Below are positions 18,597 through 29,539 of a stretch of 64,000 nt of DNA, in pieces. The notes beneath the pieces were generated by a model, which was not told the origin of the DNA, made no database searches, and worked only from the letters and a program-made list of their open reading frames with translations. Each line of letters opens with the position of its first letter. Position 1 is the first letter of the stretch. Position numbers and translations under genes: made by a program. This DNA comes from Opitutus sp. GAS368 (GTDB lineage: Bacteria; Verrucomicrobiota; Verrucomicrobiia; Opitutales; Opitutaceae), in assembly GCA_945882935.1 (NCBI GenBank), contig CAMCWW010000002.1, positions 26,274 to 90,273 on the forward strand. The letters are read 5' to 3'.

Positions 18597-21281
18597 TCAA
18601 TTTTGCGCGATAATCTGCCGCAACACATAGGGCAGAATCCCGCCGTGTTGGTAGTAGTCGATCTCGATCGGGGTATCGATGCGACAACGCACGACCACGT
18701 GCTCGACCGCACCGCTCTTACGCGTGATTTTCAACGTGAGGTCCTGCTGGGGCTTGATCGTTTCATCAAGACCCACGACGTCGAAAGACTCGGTGCCATC
18801 AAGCTGCAGCGTCTGCGCCGTGGTGCCGTCTTTGAATTGCAGGGGCAGCACGCCCATGCCCACGAGGTTGGACCGATGAATGCGCTCGAAGCTTTGGGCG
18901 ACGACGACTTTGACGCCCAGAAGATTGGTCCCTTTTGCGGCCCAGTCGCGGGAAGAACCTGTGCCATATTCCTGACCGGCCAGGATGATCAACGGTGTGC
19001 CCGCCTTTTGATAAGCCATCGACGCCTCGTAGATCGAGGTCTTGACCCCATCCGCGCCAAGCGTGTTGCCGCCCTCTTCGCCGCCGAGCATCAGATTCTT
19101 GATGCGGACGTTGGCAAAGGTGCCGCGCGTCATGATGCGATCGTTGCCGCGGCGCGAGCCGTAGGAGTTGAAGTCTTCATAGGTCACACCGCTTTCGAGG
19201 AGGAACTGGCCCGCCGGCGAGCTCTTCTTGATCGCGCCGGCCGGCGAGATGTGGTCGGTCGTGACCGAGTCACCGAACAGGCCCAGAGCGCGCGCTCCGG
19301 TGATCGGCTTGATCGCGCCGGGGGTCATCGAGAAGTTCGTGAAAAACGGCGGCTCTTGGATGTAGGTCGATTTCGCCTCGAAGGCGTAAACATTGCCCAT
19401 CGTTGAAGGAATTTCGTTCCACTTCGGATTCTGCTCGGCGAAGTTGATGTAGAGACGGCGGAACACCTCGGGCTTGAGCGCGGCCTGCAACTGGTCGCGC
19501 ACCTCTTGCAGCGTGGGCCAGATGTCCTTCAAGAACACGGGGGCGCCGGCCTGATCGTGGCCGAGCGGCTCGGTCGAGAGGTCGATATCGACGCGGCCCG
19601 CGAGGGCAAATGCGACGACCAGCGGCGGCGACATCAGGAAATTCGACTTGATGTTCTGATGGACGCGCGCCTCGAAATTGCGGTTACCCGAAAGCACGGA
19701 GGCCGCAACGAGATCGTTTTTCACCACCGCCTCCTCGATCGGCGCCGAGAGCGGGCCGGAGTTTCCGATACAGGTCGTGCAACCGTAGCCGACCGTCTGA
19801 AAGCCGAGTTGGTCGAGGTAAGGCGTGAGGCCGGTCTTATCGAGATAGTCGGTCACGACGCGTGAGCCGGGCGCGAGCGAGGATTTCACCAGCGGATTCA
19901 CTTTGAGGCCCTTGGCGACGGCCTTTTTGGCGAGCAGACCGGCGGCGAGCATGACGCTCGGGTTGGAGGTATTGGTGCAGCTCGTGATCGCAGCAATCAA
20001 CACGGAGCCGTGGCCGAGCTTGGTGCCACCGATGTCGACGGTCACGGTCGAGAATTCTTCGGCCTTCTTGCCAAAACCATTTTCGGTGACGGGCTTGGAG
20101 AACGCCGCGACGAATTCCTGCTTCATCTTCGAGAGCTCGATCCGGTCCTGTGGACGCTTGGGACCGGCGACGCTCGGTCCAACCGTCGAGAGGTCGAGCG
20201 AAAGATCAGTCGAATACTCGATCTGACCTTTCTCCGGAATACCCCAGAGATTCTGCGCACGGTAGTAAGCCTCGTAGAGCGCGAGCTGCTTGGGGTCGCG
20301 GCCGGTGGCCCGGAGGTAATTGACGCACTCGGCGTCAATCGGGAAGAAGCCCATCGTCGCGCCGTATTCGGGCGCCATGTTGGCGATCGTAGCGCGGTCC
20401 ACGACGGGCAGCGCGGTAGCGCCAGGACCATAGAATTCGACGAACTTGCCGACGACTTTGGCTTTGCGGAGTTGCTGGGTGAGCGTAAGCGCGAGGTCGG
20501 TGGCGGTGACGCCTTCGCACAGAGCGCCGGTCAGGTACACGCCGACGACGTCCGGTGTGAGGAAATAAACCGGTTGGCCCAACATGCCGGCCTCAGCCTC
20601 AATGCCGCCGACGCCCCAGCCCACGATGCCGAGACCGTTGATCATCGTCGTGTGCGAATCGGTGCCGACGAGCGTGTCGGGATAGTAAATCGCGCCCGCG
20701 TTAAGCACGCCCTTCGCGAGATACTCCAAGTTCACTTGATGGACGATGCCGATGCCGGGAGGGACGACCTTGAAGGTGTCGAACGCCTGCATGCCCCACT
20801 TCAAAAATTGGTAGCGCTCGCGGTTGCGCGAGAACTCGAGTTCGAGATTCTTCGCCAACGCATCGGCACTGCCCGCAAAATCAACCTGCACCGAGTGGTC
20901 AACGACGAGATCCACCGGCACGAGGGGCTCGATAATCTTCGGGTTTTTACCCAGCTTCGTGACGGCCGAGCGCATCGCCGCGAGGTCCACCAAGAGCGGC
21001 ACGCCGGTGAAATCCTGCAACACGATGCGCGCAACGACGAAGGGGATTTCGTCCGTGCGGTCAGCCTTCGCCGCCCACGTTGCGAGCGCCTTGATGGCGG
21101 GCTCGGCGACCCGCTTGCCGTCGCAATTGCGCAGCAGCGACTCCAGCACAATCCGAATCGAGACCGGCAGCTTGCTCACATTGTAACCGGCCTTTTCGAG
21201 GGCGGGTAACGAGTAGAACGAGTGCGATTCACCGTTGGCGGAGAAGGCCTGGAGCGTGTTAAACGGATTGGGAAGGCTCAT
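18597..21281 (-). CDS. acnA: Aconitate hydratase A
   Basis: 894 aa. Fe-S ligand contexts [13 protein letters not shown] and [12 protein letters not shown]. Full-length aconitase/IRP architecture. Confidence 0.97.
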   Translation of the reverse strand: MSLPNPFNTLQAFSANGESHSFYSLPALEKAGYNVSKLPVSIRIVLESLLRNCDGKRVAEPAIKALATWAAKADRTDEIPFVVARIVLQDFTGVPLLVDLAAMRSAVTKLGKNPKIIEPLVPVDLVVDHSVQVDFAGSADALAKNLELEFSRNRERYQFLKWGMQAFDTFKVVPPGIGIVHQVNLEYLAKGVLNAGAIYYPDTLVGTDSHTTMINGLGIVGWGVGGIEAEAGMLGQPVYFLTPDVVGVYLTGALCEGVTATDLALTLTQQLRKAKVVGKFVEFYGPGATALPVVDRATIANMAPEYGATMGFFPIDAECVNYLRATGRDPKQLALYEAYYRAQNLWGIPEKGQIEYSTDLSLDLSTVGPSVAGPKRPQDRIELSKMKQEFVAAFSKPVTENGFGKKAEEFSTVTVDIGGTKLGHGSVLIAAITSCTNTSNPSVMLAAGLLAKKAVAKGLKVNPLVKSSLAPGSRVVTDYLDKTGLTPYLDQLGFQTVGYGCTTCIGNSGPLSAPIEEAVVKNDLVAASVLSGNRNFEARVHQNIKSNFLMSPPLVVAFALAGRVDIDLSTEPLGHDQAGAPVFLKDIWPTLQEVRDQLQAALKPEVFRRLYINFAEQNPKWNEIPSTMGNVYAFEAKSTYIQEPPFFTNFSMTPGAIKPITGARALGLFGDSVTTDHISPAGAIKKSSPAGQFLLESGVTYEDFNSYGSRRGNDRIMTRGTFANVRIKNLMLGGEEGGNTLGADGVKTSIYEASMAYQKAGTPLIILAGQEYGTGSSRDWAAKGTNLLGVKVVVAQSFERIHRSNLVGMGVLPLQFKDGTTAQTLQLDGTESFDVVGLDETIKPQQDLTLKITRKSGAVEHVVVRCRIDTPIEIDYYQHGGILPYVLRQIIAQN

Positions 21282-21339
21282 GAAGTTGGATTTTCGATAC
21301 TCGATTAAAAGGGAGCTCGGGCCGCAAACGTAGCTCGGT

Positions 21340-21813
21340 TTATTTGGCGAGGACGGCCTTGATCGCGTCGAAGTTCGGTAGATCCTTCGGCGTGGCGGTC
21401 TGCTCGGCGTAGGTTACGACACCATCCTTGCCGACGACGAATGCTGCGCGAGCCGAGGTGTCGCCGATGCCCGCGAGCATCGGGAAAAGAACGCCATACG
21501 CCTTAGTCGTTTCCTTGTTCAAGTCCGAGAGCAGCGTGATGCCGATCTTGTTAGCCTTGGCCCAAGCTTCCTGGGCAAACGGGCTGTCCACGCTAATGGC
21601 GTAGACCGTGGCCCCGAGTTTTTCGTAATCACCGAGGCCGCTCGTCTGGTCGCACATTTCCTGCGTGCAGACGCCCGTGTAAGCGAGCGGGAAGAACAAA
21701 ATCACGGTCTGCTTCACGCCAAAGTTGGCGCTAAGTTTCACGTCGACGAGACCGTCGGCGGTTTTGGACTTGAGCGTAAAATCAGGGGCTTTTGAGCCGA
21801 CGGCGATAGGCAT
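21340..21813 (-). CDS. Peroxiredoxin (AhpC/TSA-redoxin family)
   Basis: [16 protein letters not shown]...[11 protein letters not shown]. The internal ATG at 21813 is preferred over the listed 21936 start. Confidence 0.85.
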   Translation of the reverse strand: MPIAVGSKAPDFTLKSKTADGLVDVKLSANFGVKQTVILFFPLAYTGVCTQEMCDQTSGLGDYEKLGATVYAISVDSPFAQEAWAKANKIGITLLSDLNKETTKAYGVLFPMLAGIGDTSARAAFVVGKDGVVTYAEQTATPKDLPNFDAIKAVLAK

Positions 21814-21989
21814 GGTAGTGATGGATAAGGGTTGGTGGGAACGAAATGAAAGGGCTGAGCTAGACTCCCGCGCAACGCCGCCGCAAACCGTTTTTCCCGA
21901 TAGCTGACGTTTTTCTACGTTTAGGCGGTGCGGCATTAGAAACGCTCTTGCGCGGCCGGCGCGGCGGGCCGTTAACTTTCTCCCCCGTG

Positions 21990-23273
21990 ATGAACTTGAT
22001 CGAAGATCTCCAATGGCGCGGCCTCATCGCCGATTGCACCGACCTTGCTGCGCTCACTCAGCGCCTGAGCACGGGGCCGATCACGCTTTATTGCGGCTTC
22101 GATCCGACCGGGGACTCGCTCCACGTTGGTCATTTGGTGCCGCAGTTGACGTTGCGCCGCTTTCAGCTGGCGGGTCATCACGCGATCAGCCTCGCCGGCG
22201 GAGCTACCGGCATGATCGGAGACCCGGGCGGCAAGTCCGCCGAGCGCAATCTGCTCAGCCGCGAGCAACTCGCCTACAATTACGGCCGAATCTGTCTCCA
22301 ACTCGGGCGCCTCCTCGATTTTTCTGCCGCCGGCAATCCGGCGAGGATCGTCAACAACGCCGATTGGACGGCGCCGATCAGCTTCCTCGATTTTCTGCGC
22401 GACGTCGGCAAGCACTTTTCGCTCGGCAGCATGATCGCCAAGGACAGCGTAAAAAACCGTCTCGGCAGCGAGGCCGGCATCAGCTTCACGGAGTTCAGCT
22501 ACCAATTGCTGCAGGCCAACGATTTTTGCCATTTGAGGCAGGATCTAAACTGCGAACTCCAGATCGGTGGCACCGAGCAATGGGGCAACATCACGGCGGG
22601 CACCGATCTCATCCGCAAAAAAACGGGGCTCTCCGCGTGGGGCCTCACCTTTCCTCTCATCACCAAAGCTGACGGCACAAAGTTTGGCAAAACCGAGGGT
22701 GGCGCGGTCTGGCTCGATCCGGAAAAAACGAGCCCCTACAAGTTCTACCAATTCTTTGTAAACACCGAGGATGCCAAGGTCGGCGAATACCTCCGCAAGT
22801 TTACATTCCTCTCCCGCGCCGAAATCGAAGCGCTCGAAGCCAAACACGCCGCCAACCCCGGCGCTCGCGAGGCCCACAAAGCCCTCGCCACCGAGATTAC
22901 GCGCACCGTTCATGGCCAAGGCGCGCTTGATGCCGCACTCAAAGCGAGCGCGATTCTTTTCGGCGCCGAGATCGGCGACACCAGTGAAGCCACCTTTGGT
23001 GACGTCGTCGGCGAAGTCCCGACCATCGGTGTGCCCGCTCACGCCGATTGGCTTGCGGGCAAGACGTTGCCATTAACCGAGGCCTTGGTGCTCGCGCAAC
23101 TTGCCCCCTCGAAGGGGCAAGCCCGCAAGGACATCGAAGGCGGCGGCGTTTACGTTAACAACATCAAGGTCGCCGACTTCGCTCGTGCCCTCGGCCAAGC
23201 TGATCTGCTGTTCGGCAAATTTGTCCTCCTGCGCAAAGGCAAGCGCACCTATTCAGTCCTTTCGCTCGTCTAA
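21990..23273 (+). CDS. tyrS: Tyrosine--tRNA ligase
   Basis: HIGH motif GDSLHVGHLVP. KMSKS variant KFGKT. C-terminal S4-like domain. ATG at 21990 (MNLIEDLQWRGL). Confidence 0.95.
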   Translation: MNLIEDLQWRGLIADCTDLAALTQRLSTGPITLYCGFDPTGDSLHVGHLVPQLTLRRFQLAGHHAISLAGGATGMIGDPGGKSAERNLLSREQLAYNYGRICLQLGRLLDFSAAGNPARIVNNADWTAPISFLDFLRDVGKHFSLGSMIAKDSVKNRLGSEAGISFTEFSYQLLQANDFCHLRQDLNCELQIGGTEQWGNITAGTDLIRKKTGLSAWGLTFPLITKADGTKFGKTEGGAVWLDPEKTSPYKFYQFFVNTEDAKVGEYLRKFTFLSRAEIEALEAKHAANPGAREAHKALATEITRTVHGQGALDAALKASAILFGAEIGDTSEATFGDVVGEVPTIGVPAHADWLAGKTLPLTEALVLAQLAPSKGQARKDIEGGGVYVNNIKVADFARALGQADLLFGKFVLLRKGKRTYSVLSLV

Positions 23274-23287
23274 CCCGCTATTATCCC

Positions 23288-24118
23288 ATGAAAACACTCC
23301 GCCTCCTCGCCCTCCTAGCATGTTCTTTCGCGCTCTCGTGGAACGCCGCTACCGCGCAGACTCCTCCGCAACTTGGCCTCCAAACTTGGACGTGCCGCAA
23401 CATGACCTTCGACCAAGTCGTGGCCTTTGCGACCAAGCACGGCATCAAGCACCTCCAGTTCATCAAGTCGCACCTTGATCCCACGGCGCCGGCGGCCGAG
23501 AGCCTCCGCAAGAAGGCCGTGCTCGAGCAAAACGGACTCGTCGCCTACACGTTTGGCGTCAACGGCACCTCCATGGATAAAGAGGCGAACCGAAAGCTCT
23601 TCGAATTCGCAAAATTGATGGGCATCAAAATCATCATCGTCGAACCCCGGAACCTGGCCGAATGGGACAATCTCGAAGCCCTCGTGAAGGAATACGACAT
23701 CAAGCTCGCAATCCACAATCACGGCAAAGGCTCGGTTTACGGCGATCCCGCCACCGTGCAGAAAATCCTCGACGCCCGCGACCGCCGCATCGGGGTGTGT
23801 CTCGATATCGGCTGGATCACCGCCGCCGGCTTCGATGCGGCCAAGGTGTTTCGCGATTACGGCGACCGGGTTTTTGATCTGCACCTGAAGGACAAAAAAG
23901 TTGAAATGGTCGACGGCAAGACCGTCGCCGTTGACACAGAGATCGGCAAGGGAGGCGCAAACTACGCGGGCCTGTTCGCCGAAGTGAAGAAGTCCGACTG
24001 GCAGGGCGTGCTCGCTCTTGAGACCGATAGCAAAACCTTCTCGGAAGACCCCAATCGCCTCGCCACCGAGGCCAGCACGTTTTTCTACGCTAACTTTTCT
24101 AAGCCCGCCGCGAAATAG
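23288..24118 (+). CDS. Exported sugar phosphate isomerase/epimerase (xylose isomerase-like TIM barrel)
   Basis: Signal peptide MKTLRLLALLACSFALSWNAATA. IHNHG, CLDIGW and LHLKD segments are typical of the AP_endonuc_2 fold. Confidence 0.7.
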   Translation: MKTLRLLALLACSFALSWNAATAQTPPQLGLQTWTCRNMTFDQVVAFATKHGIKHLQFIKSHLDPTAPAAESLRKKAVLEQNGLVAYTFGVNGTSMDKEANRKLFEFAKLMGIKIIIVEPRNLAEWDNLEALVKEYDIKLAIHNHGKGSVYGDPATVQKILDARDRRIGVCLDIGWITAAGFDAAKVFRDYGDRVFDLHLKDKKVEMVDGKTVAVDTEIGKGGANYAGLFAEVKKSDWQGVLALETDSKTFSEDPNRLATEASTFFYANFSKPAAK

Positions 24119-24172
24119 CCGGGAAGTTCAGTCGGACTCAACCGCAAGGCTGGCTCAAACGTTCGCTTCGAC

Positions 24173-25156
24173 TCAAAAGAACATCGCCTCGCTCAGCGCA
24201 TTTTCAGGCGTGAGCAGGCTCACGGCGGCGGGCAGTTCCGTGCGGCCGGTGCCGAAGTCGGCCAGAAATAGGGCCGCGCCCGTTCCCGCATCGCCTCGCC
24301 AAGAAAAATACTTGCGGTCGGCGTAAGTGAACGTGAGCGCGAGGGCCTGCGGCGCCGCCTCCGTCGAGGAGACAAGTTCAAACGTCGCGCGGTTTTCTCC
24401 GCCTTGGCCGATGCGATCCTGCACCCAAGCGAGTAACACCCGAGCCTCGGCGGCGAGGTGGAGCCCATAGCCCAGCGTGACCGCATTCAGCCCGCCACAC
24501 AGGGCGGACATCGGATAGCGACTGAGAAACTGCCCGAGCGATTGCCGCACGGGCAGTAACCGGGCAAAGGCCAAATCCCGCACGTTTTCCGGCCGCGGCC
24601 ACGCGAAAGTGAGCGCGTCCGCCGGGGCGATCGCGCTGTCGAGCAACACGCGGTGCGCGCGGGTAAGCAGGTAACGATAATCCGCCAAACGCCCGCTCGC
24701 GCTGAAACGATGGGCCCAGTAGTAAAGAGGCAGATCGGTCGACAGGCAGATCGACACCTGATTCTCCAGAAATTTCCGGGCCGAGCTCGGATAACTCAAA
24801 AGGACGAACTCACAGCAGCGCGTGTCTCCTTTTGATTTCCCGAGAAAGCATTCACCGTAAATTTTCGCCCGCATCTCCGCCACGCTTGCATCATCCGATG
24901 AAGGGCAAAGCACGACCACGCGGCAGGGATAGCGGCGCGAAAAACGGACGGCGGTCTCGAACTGCTCGACCGCATCGGCGGCCGTGGAATTAAGCCCAAG
25001 ATGCAACACGAAGTTAACTTGGGTCGCCTTGGTCTCGCCCTTGTCCGGCGCCGGGCCGCCGCTGGCGGCAGTATCGGCCCACATCTTCGCTAGGCTCGAG
25101 GAGATCGAACCCACGGGCAATTCGATACCCGGAAGCGCGTCGAAAATCGCGGGCAT
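24173..25156 (-). CDS. opcA: OpcA-like glucose-6-phosphate dehydrogenase assembly protein
   Basis: Lies immediately downstream of zwf (6-bp gap). Size and N-terminal ...LAKMWADT...TKATQVNFVLH... resemble OpcA. The call comes from similarity recall plus context. Confidence 0.6.
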   Translation of the reverse strand: MPAIFDALPGIELPVGSISSSLAKMWADTAASGGPAPDKGETKATQVNFVLHLGLNSTAADAVEQFETAVRFSRRYPCRVVVLCPSSDDASVAEMRAKIYGECFLGKSKGDTRCCEFVLLSYPSSARKFLENQVSICLSTDLPLYYWAHRFSASGRLADYRYLLTRAHRVLLDSAIAPADALTFAWPRPENVRDLAFARLLPVRQSLGQFLSRYPMSALCGGLNAVTLGYGLHLAAEARVLLAWVQDRIGQGGENRATFELVSSTEAAPQALALTFTYADRKYFSWRGDAGTGAALFLADFGTGRTELPAAVSLLTPENALSEAMFF

Positions 25157-25162
25157 GGCGGC

Positions 25163-26701
25163 TTAGGGCTGACGCCAAACGTGCTGGTTTGCGGCAACCA
25201 GCGCTTCGCCTGTGGCCGGGCCCCACGAGCCGGCCGGGTAGCTATCCATGCCTTCGCGGCCGGCAATTTTCCAATGTTCGAGCACCGGAGTGTAAAGTTT
25301 CCACGACGTCTCGGCTTCGTCGCCACGGATAAAAAGCGTGCCGTCACCGATCATGGCATCGAGCACCAACCGCTCGTAAGCCTCTGGGGTGTTGGAGCCA
25401 AACGTGGTCGCGTAACGGAAGCTCATTTTCACCGGCTGGGTGCGGGTCTCGAGACCGGGAATCTTGGTGTTAATGATCAGGCTCAGGCCCTCGTCGGGCT
25501 GAATCTGAAAAGCGAGCGTGTTGGCCGCGAGGTCGAAGCCGCCGTCTTTGGCGAACAACGTGCCGGGCGGGCGCTTGAAGTTGATCGCGATCTCGGACAC
25601 GCGGCGCGCCATGCGTTTGCCGGAGCGCAGATAAAACGGGACGCCTTGCCATCGCCAATTGTTGATCGAGAGCCGGATGCCGGCGTAGGTCTCGGTGGCC
25701 GATTCCGGCGCGATGCCGCCTTCTTGGAGATAACCGGGAACAGCCTTGCCGCCCATCATGCCCGCGGCGTATTGCGCGCGGGCGACGTCTCCATCCGCGC
25801 CGAGATTAAGCGGCTGGATCGCCCTGAGCACTTTGACTTTTTCATCCCGCACCGCCTCGGCATCCATGGAAACAGGCGGCTCCATCGCGGTGAGCGCGAG
25901 CAATTGCATCGTGTGATTCTGGATCATGTCGCGCAACGCACCGCTCTGCTCGTAATAACCGCCGCGGGTGCCGACACCCACTTCCTCCGCGACGGTGATT
26001 TGAACACTGTCGATAAAGTTACGGTTCCAAAGGGGCTCGAAGATCGCGTTGCTGAAGCGCTGCACGAGCAAATCCTGCACCGTCTCCTTCCCGAGGTAAT
26101 GATCGATCCGGTAGACTTGGTGCTCGGCCAGCACGGAGCGGATCGTGACATTGAGCGCGCGTGCCGACTCGAGGTCTTTGCCGAAAGGTTTTTCGATAAT
26201 AACCTTCGTGTGATGAGCCTGACCGAGATACTTGGCCGCCAGACCGCTGGCACCCAGATTTTGCAAAATCGGAGCAAACACCGAGGGCGGAGTTGAGATA
26301 TAAAAAAGCGTCTGCACTTCGCGCCCGATCTTTTTTTCCAGCGCCGCGATGTGGGCGGCGAGACGGTCGAATGCGGCTTTTTCATCGTAGCCGCCGGCAA
26401 CATAAGAGGTATTCGCGGCGACGCGCGCCCAGACCTCAGCATTCAATTCGCGGCGGGAGAATTCCTTGATCGCATCAGTGGCAAGCGCGCGAAATTCTTC
26501 ATCCGGAATCGCCTTCCGGCCGTAGCCCACGAGAAAGAAATCGGCAGGCAACAGGTTGTCGTGACCAAGATTGTAAACCGCCGGGATGAGCTTGCGGGCC
26601 GTCAGATCGCCGGACGCACCGAAAATGACTACAACCGTCGGAGGCGCTCCCCGGTGTTTGCTCAGGCCTTGGAGAAATGGATGACGCGCAGATTCGGCCA
26701 T
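25163..26701 (-). CDS. zwf: Glucose-6-phosphate 1-dehydrogenase
   Basis: VVIFGASGDLTARKL (NADP site) and RIDHYLGKE motifs. Start is uncertain: ATG at 26701 chosen, alternatives ATG at 26770 or GTG at 26788. Confidence 0.93.
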   Translation of the reverse strand: MAESARHPFLQGLSKHRGAPPTVVVIFGASGDLTARKLIPAVYNLGHDNLLPADFFLVGYGRKAIPDEEFRALATDAIKEFSRRELNAEVWARVAANTSYVAGGYDEKAAFDRLAAHIAALEKKIGREVQTLFYISTPPSVFAPILQNLGASGLAAKYLGQAHHTKVIIEKPFGKDLESARALNVTIRSVLAEHQVYRIDHYLGKETVQDLLVQRFSNAIFEPLWNRNFIDSVQITVAEEVGVGTRGGYYEQSGALRDMIQNHTMQLLALTAMEPPVSMDAEAVRDEKVKVLRAIQPLNLGADGDVARAQYAAGMMGGKAVPGYLQEGGIAPESATETYAGIRLSINNWRWQGVPFYLRSGKRMARRVSEIAINFKRPPGTLFAKDGGFDLAANTLAFQIQPDEGLSLIINTKIPGLETRTQPVKMSFRYATTFGSNTPEAYERLVLDAMIGDGTLFIRGDEAETSWKLYTPVLEHWKIAGREGMDSYPAGSWGPATGEALVAANQHVWRQP

Positions 26702-26788
26702 AAAGGAGAATTTCTCTGCAACGCCCGGAGTTGAAGCAAGGGAAATGGCGGCGGCGACCACGGTCGACATAACGCCGGGACGCACCAC

Positions 26789-27217
26789 TCAGGGTTGAAA
26801 GTGTTTCGGGAAGAGACGTACGTTCGCAAAATGGCGCACGTTCGCGGCGCCACCCGGTGCAAACGAGACTTCCACCACATCGAGCCGGAAAGTGACAGGA
26901 GGATGCTGCAACGTGCGGAGGTAAGCCGTCGCGGCGCGACGGAGCACCGCTTTTTTACGGGCATTAACGGAATGGAAACCCGAGACCAACGCGGCGGCAG
27001 CACGGGTCTTCACCTCCACGAAAACCAACACTTCGCCATCACGCGCGACCAGATCAATCTCCTCGCGCAGATCCCTCGGATTGCGCCAGTTCCGCGCAAC
27101 GATGGAAAACGCTTGTTCACGTTGCAAAAACTCCGCCGCTGCGGCCTCACCCCGGGCCCCGGAATTCTCTTCGGCTGCGGACGGCAACCCCAGGAACTGT
27201 TTTAAGCGCGATAACAT
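26789..27217 (-). CDS. yraN: YraN family (UPF0102) endonuclease-like protein
   Basis: GEAAAAEFLQREQAFSIVARNWRNP...EIDLVARDGEVLVFVEVKTR. The internal ATG at 27217 is preferred. Confidence 0.8.
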   Translation of the reverse strand: MLSRLKQFLGLPSAAEENSGARGEAAAAEFLQREQAFSIVARNWRNPRDLREEIDLVARDGEVLVFVEVKTRAAAALVSGFHSVNARKKAVLRRAATAYLRTLQHPPVTFRLDVVEVSFAPGGAANVRHFANVRLFPKHFQP

Positions 27218-27340
27218 GCAGGAATATCTAGGAATTCTCACTGCGAGTCGAAGGACCAAATAGCAATCTCGCACGTGTGCCCTGTTCCTGCGCCCATAGC
27301 CTCCTCAACTATCGCCACCACTCTCCGACGCTTTGGGCCC

Positions 27341-27619
27341 TTAGTTACCCGTCGCGCCGCCCCGCACCGTGACGGGCAGATCGTTGCGGTAGGCGATCGC
27401 AAACACGGCTTTCAGATCCGACCCGGACGCAAGCCTCACCGCCGCCGAAGCCCGCCGACTTTCCAAACGCTTATTCAAAACCGGGGAATACCAATAACCT
27501 TCCTTCGACCTCGTCTCCGCCTCCGTCTCCGCCGTGATGACCTTCTTGTAACCGAGCGTGTTTTGCAGTTCATCAATTACGGCGGACGAGACGGCGACGA
27601 ATCCGGGAGAAGTGAGTCC
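27341..27619 (-). pseudogene. Remnant of the N-terminus of a FAD-linked oxidase (GlcD/D-lactate dehydrogenase-like)
   Basis: A 92-codon stop-to-stop open frame with no ATG or GTG and only a late TTG. My translation is ...AVIDELQNTLGYKKVITAETEAETRSKEGYWYSP...SAAVRLASGSDLKAVFAIAYRNDLPVTVRGGATGN*. This matches the FAD_binding_4 N-terminal pattern (P-AVV-P-S-x-E-V...IPV-x-RGGGTG) and stops abruptly. Confidence 0.4.
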
Positions 27620-27885
27620 CTACCCAAATTTGAAGTGACGTGACCCCAGCTTGGGCGCCGCGCTGCGGTCAAGAGCAGCGAATCGTGTTCCCTGCCCCGG
27701 TCTACGCTTCACGTAGTAGCCAAATTCGGCTTTCGCCAAATTCCGCGCTGGCGCCGTCAAACTACCCCGTGGCCCCGCCCTCCCGCATTCCGGTCCGCCT
27801 GCGCTCCCGGCTCGCCCACCCTGCTGTGCTAATTTCTCCTCGCTACCCTTTACCGGCTACCCGCTACTTCTGCCCTCCTTCCCCC

Positions 27886-29469
27886 ATGTCAACTTGGAAC
27901 CGATTTAAATCCCTCTACTACCAAAACCCCGCGCTCGGCCTCGCGCTCGATATCAGCCGCATCCCGTTTCCCGACGACTATCTCGCCGCAAAAGACTCGG
28001 CTCTCCAGCAGGCCTTTGCCGACATGGCCGCCCTCGAATCCGGGGCCATCGCTAATCCCGACGAGAACCGTATGGTCGGTCATTACTGGCTTCGTGCGCC
28101 CCAGCTCGCCCCGACGCCCGCCCTCGCCGCCGAGATTTCGTCCACGCTCGCCGCGATCCAAGACTTCGCCGCCAAAATCCACGCCGGCACCATCGCCGGC
28201 CCCAAGGGTAAATTCAAAAACCTGCTCGTGATCGGCATCGGCGGCTCGGCCCTCGGACCGCAGCTCGTCCAACACGCGCTCGGCCAGCCCCGCAAAGACA
28301 AGCTCGCCGTGTCCTTCTTCGACAACACCGATCCTGACGGCATCGACTACGTTCTCGCAGGCCTTCGCGGCCAACTCGCCAAAACTCTCGTCGTCGTTAT
28401 TTCCAAATCCGGCGGCACCGCCGAGACCCGCAACGGCCAACTCGAAGCCTCCGCCGCCTTCCAATCCGCCGGGCTCGATTTCACGAAGCACTTTGTCGCC
28501 GTCACCGGCGCCGGTTCAAAACTCGACCAGACCGCGGTTGCCCAAAACTGGCTCGCGCGTTTTCCGATGTGGGATTGGGTCGGCGGCCGCACATCGGAAC
28601 TTTCCGCCGTCGGTCTCCTCCCCGCCGCGCTTCAGGGCCTCGACATCCAAGCGATGCTCGAGGGCGCCGCCGCGATGGACGTCGTCACTCGCAACACGAC
28701 CGTCGGCCAAAACCCGGCCGCCCTCCTCGCCCTCATGTGGCACTACGCCACCGACGGTCGCGGGGCCAAGGACATGGTCGTCCTCCCTTACAAAGACCGC
28801 CTCCTCCTCTTTTCGCGTTACCTCCAGCAGCTCGTGATGGAATCCATCGGCAAAGAACACGACCTCAAGGGTAACGTCGTGAACCAGGGCATCGCCGTTT
28901 ACGGCAACAAGGGCTCCACCGATCAACACGCCTACGTCCAGCAACTGCGCGACGGCGTGAACAACTTTTTTGTCACCTTCATCGAAGTCCTCAAAGACCG
29001 CGACACGAAGTCCTCTCTCGAGGTCGAACCCGGCATCACCGCCGGCGATTTCCTCCAAGGCTTTTACCTCGGCACCCGCGACGCCCTCACCGAAAAGAAC
29101 CGTCACTCCGTCACCATCACCTTGAACGACGTCTCGCCGCGCTCTCTCGGCATGTTGATCGCTCTTTATGAACGCGTCGTCGGCCTCTATGCGTCGCTCG
29201 TCGGGATCAACGCCTATCATCAGCCCGGCGTCGAAGCCGGGAAAAAAGCCGCCGGCGGCGTCATCGCTCTGAAACTCAAACTCGCCGCTGCGCTCAAGGC
29301 CGTCCCGGGCACCCCGTTCACTGCCGACCAACTCGCCGCCCAAGTCGGCGATCCCGAGAAAATCGAGCTCGTCTTCAAAATCCTCGAGCACCTCGCGGCC
29401 AACAAGGGCACCGGCATTAAGAAACGCCCCAAGACCCCGTGGTATAAATCCACCTACCGCTCCGCCTAG
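27886..29469 (+). CDS. pgi: Glucose-6-phosphate isomerase
   Basis: GIGGSALGP and [10 protein letters not shown] motifs. ATG at 27886 ([15 protein letters not shown]). The listed 27640 start adds 82 low-complexity codons. Confidence 0.93.
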   Translation: MSTWNRFKSLYYQNPALGLALDISRIPFPDDYLAAKDSALQQAFADMAALESGAIANPDENRMVGHYWLRAPQLAPTPALAAEISSTLAAIQDFAAKIHAGTIAGPKGKFKNLLVIGIGGSALGPQLVQHALGQPRKDKLAVSFFDNTDPDGIDYVLAGLRGQLAKTLVVVISKSGGTAETRNGQLEASAAFQSAGLDFTKHFVAVTGAGSKLDQTAVAQNWLARFPMWDWVGGRTSELSAVGLLPAALQGLDIQAMLEGAAAMDVVTRNTTVGQNPAALLALMWHYATDGRGAKDMVVLPYKDRLLLFSRYLQQLVMESIGKEHDLKGNVVNQGIAVYGNKGSTDQHAYVQQLRDGVNNFFVTFIEVLKDRDTKSSLEVEPGITAGDFLQGFYLGTRDALTEKNRHSVTITLNDVSPRSLGMLIALYERVVGLYASLVGINAYHQPGVEAGKKAAGGVIALKLKLAAALKAVPGTPFTADQLAAQVGDPEKIELVFKILEHLAANKGTGIKKRPKTPWYKSTYRSA

Positions 29470-29539
29470 CCCACACCGCGCGACGCGGCGCAATCTGGCC
29501 CTCGGATTGGGCCGCGCATCCGTCTTGGGATTTCTCCAC

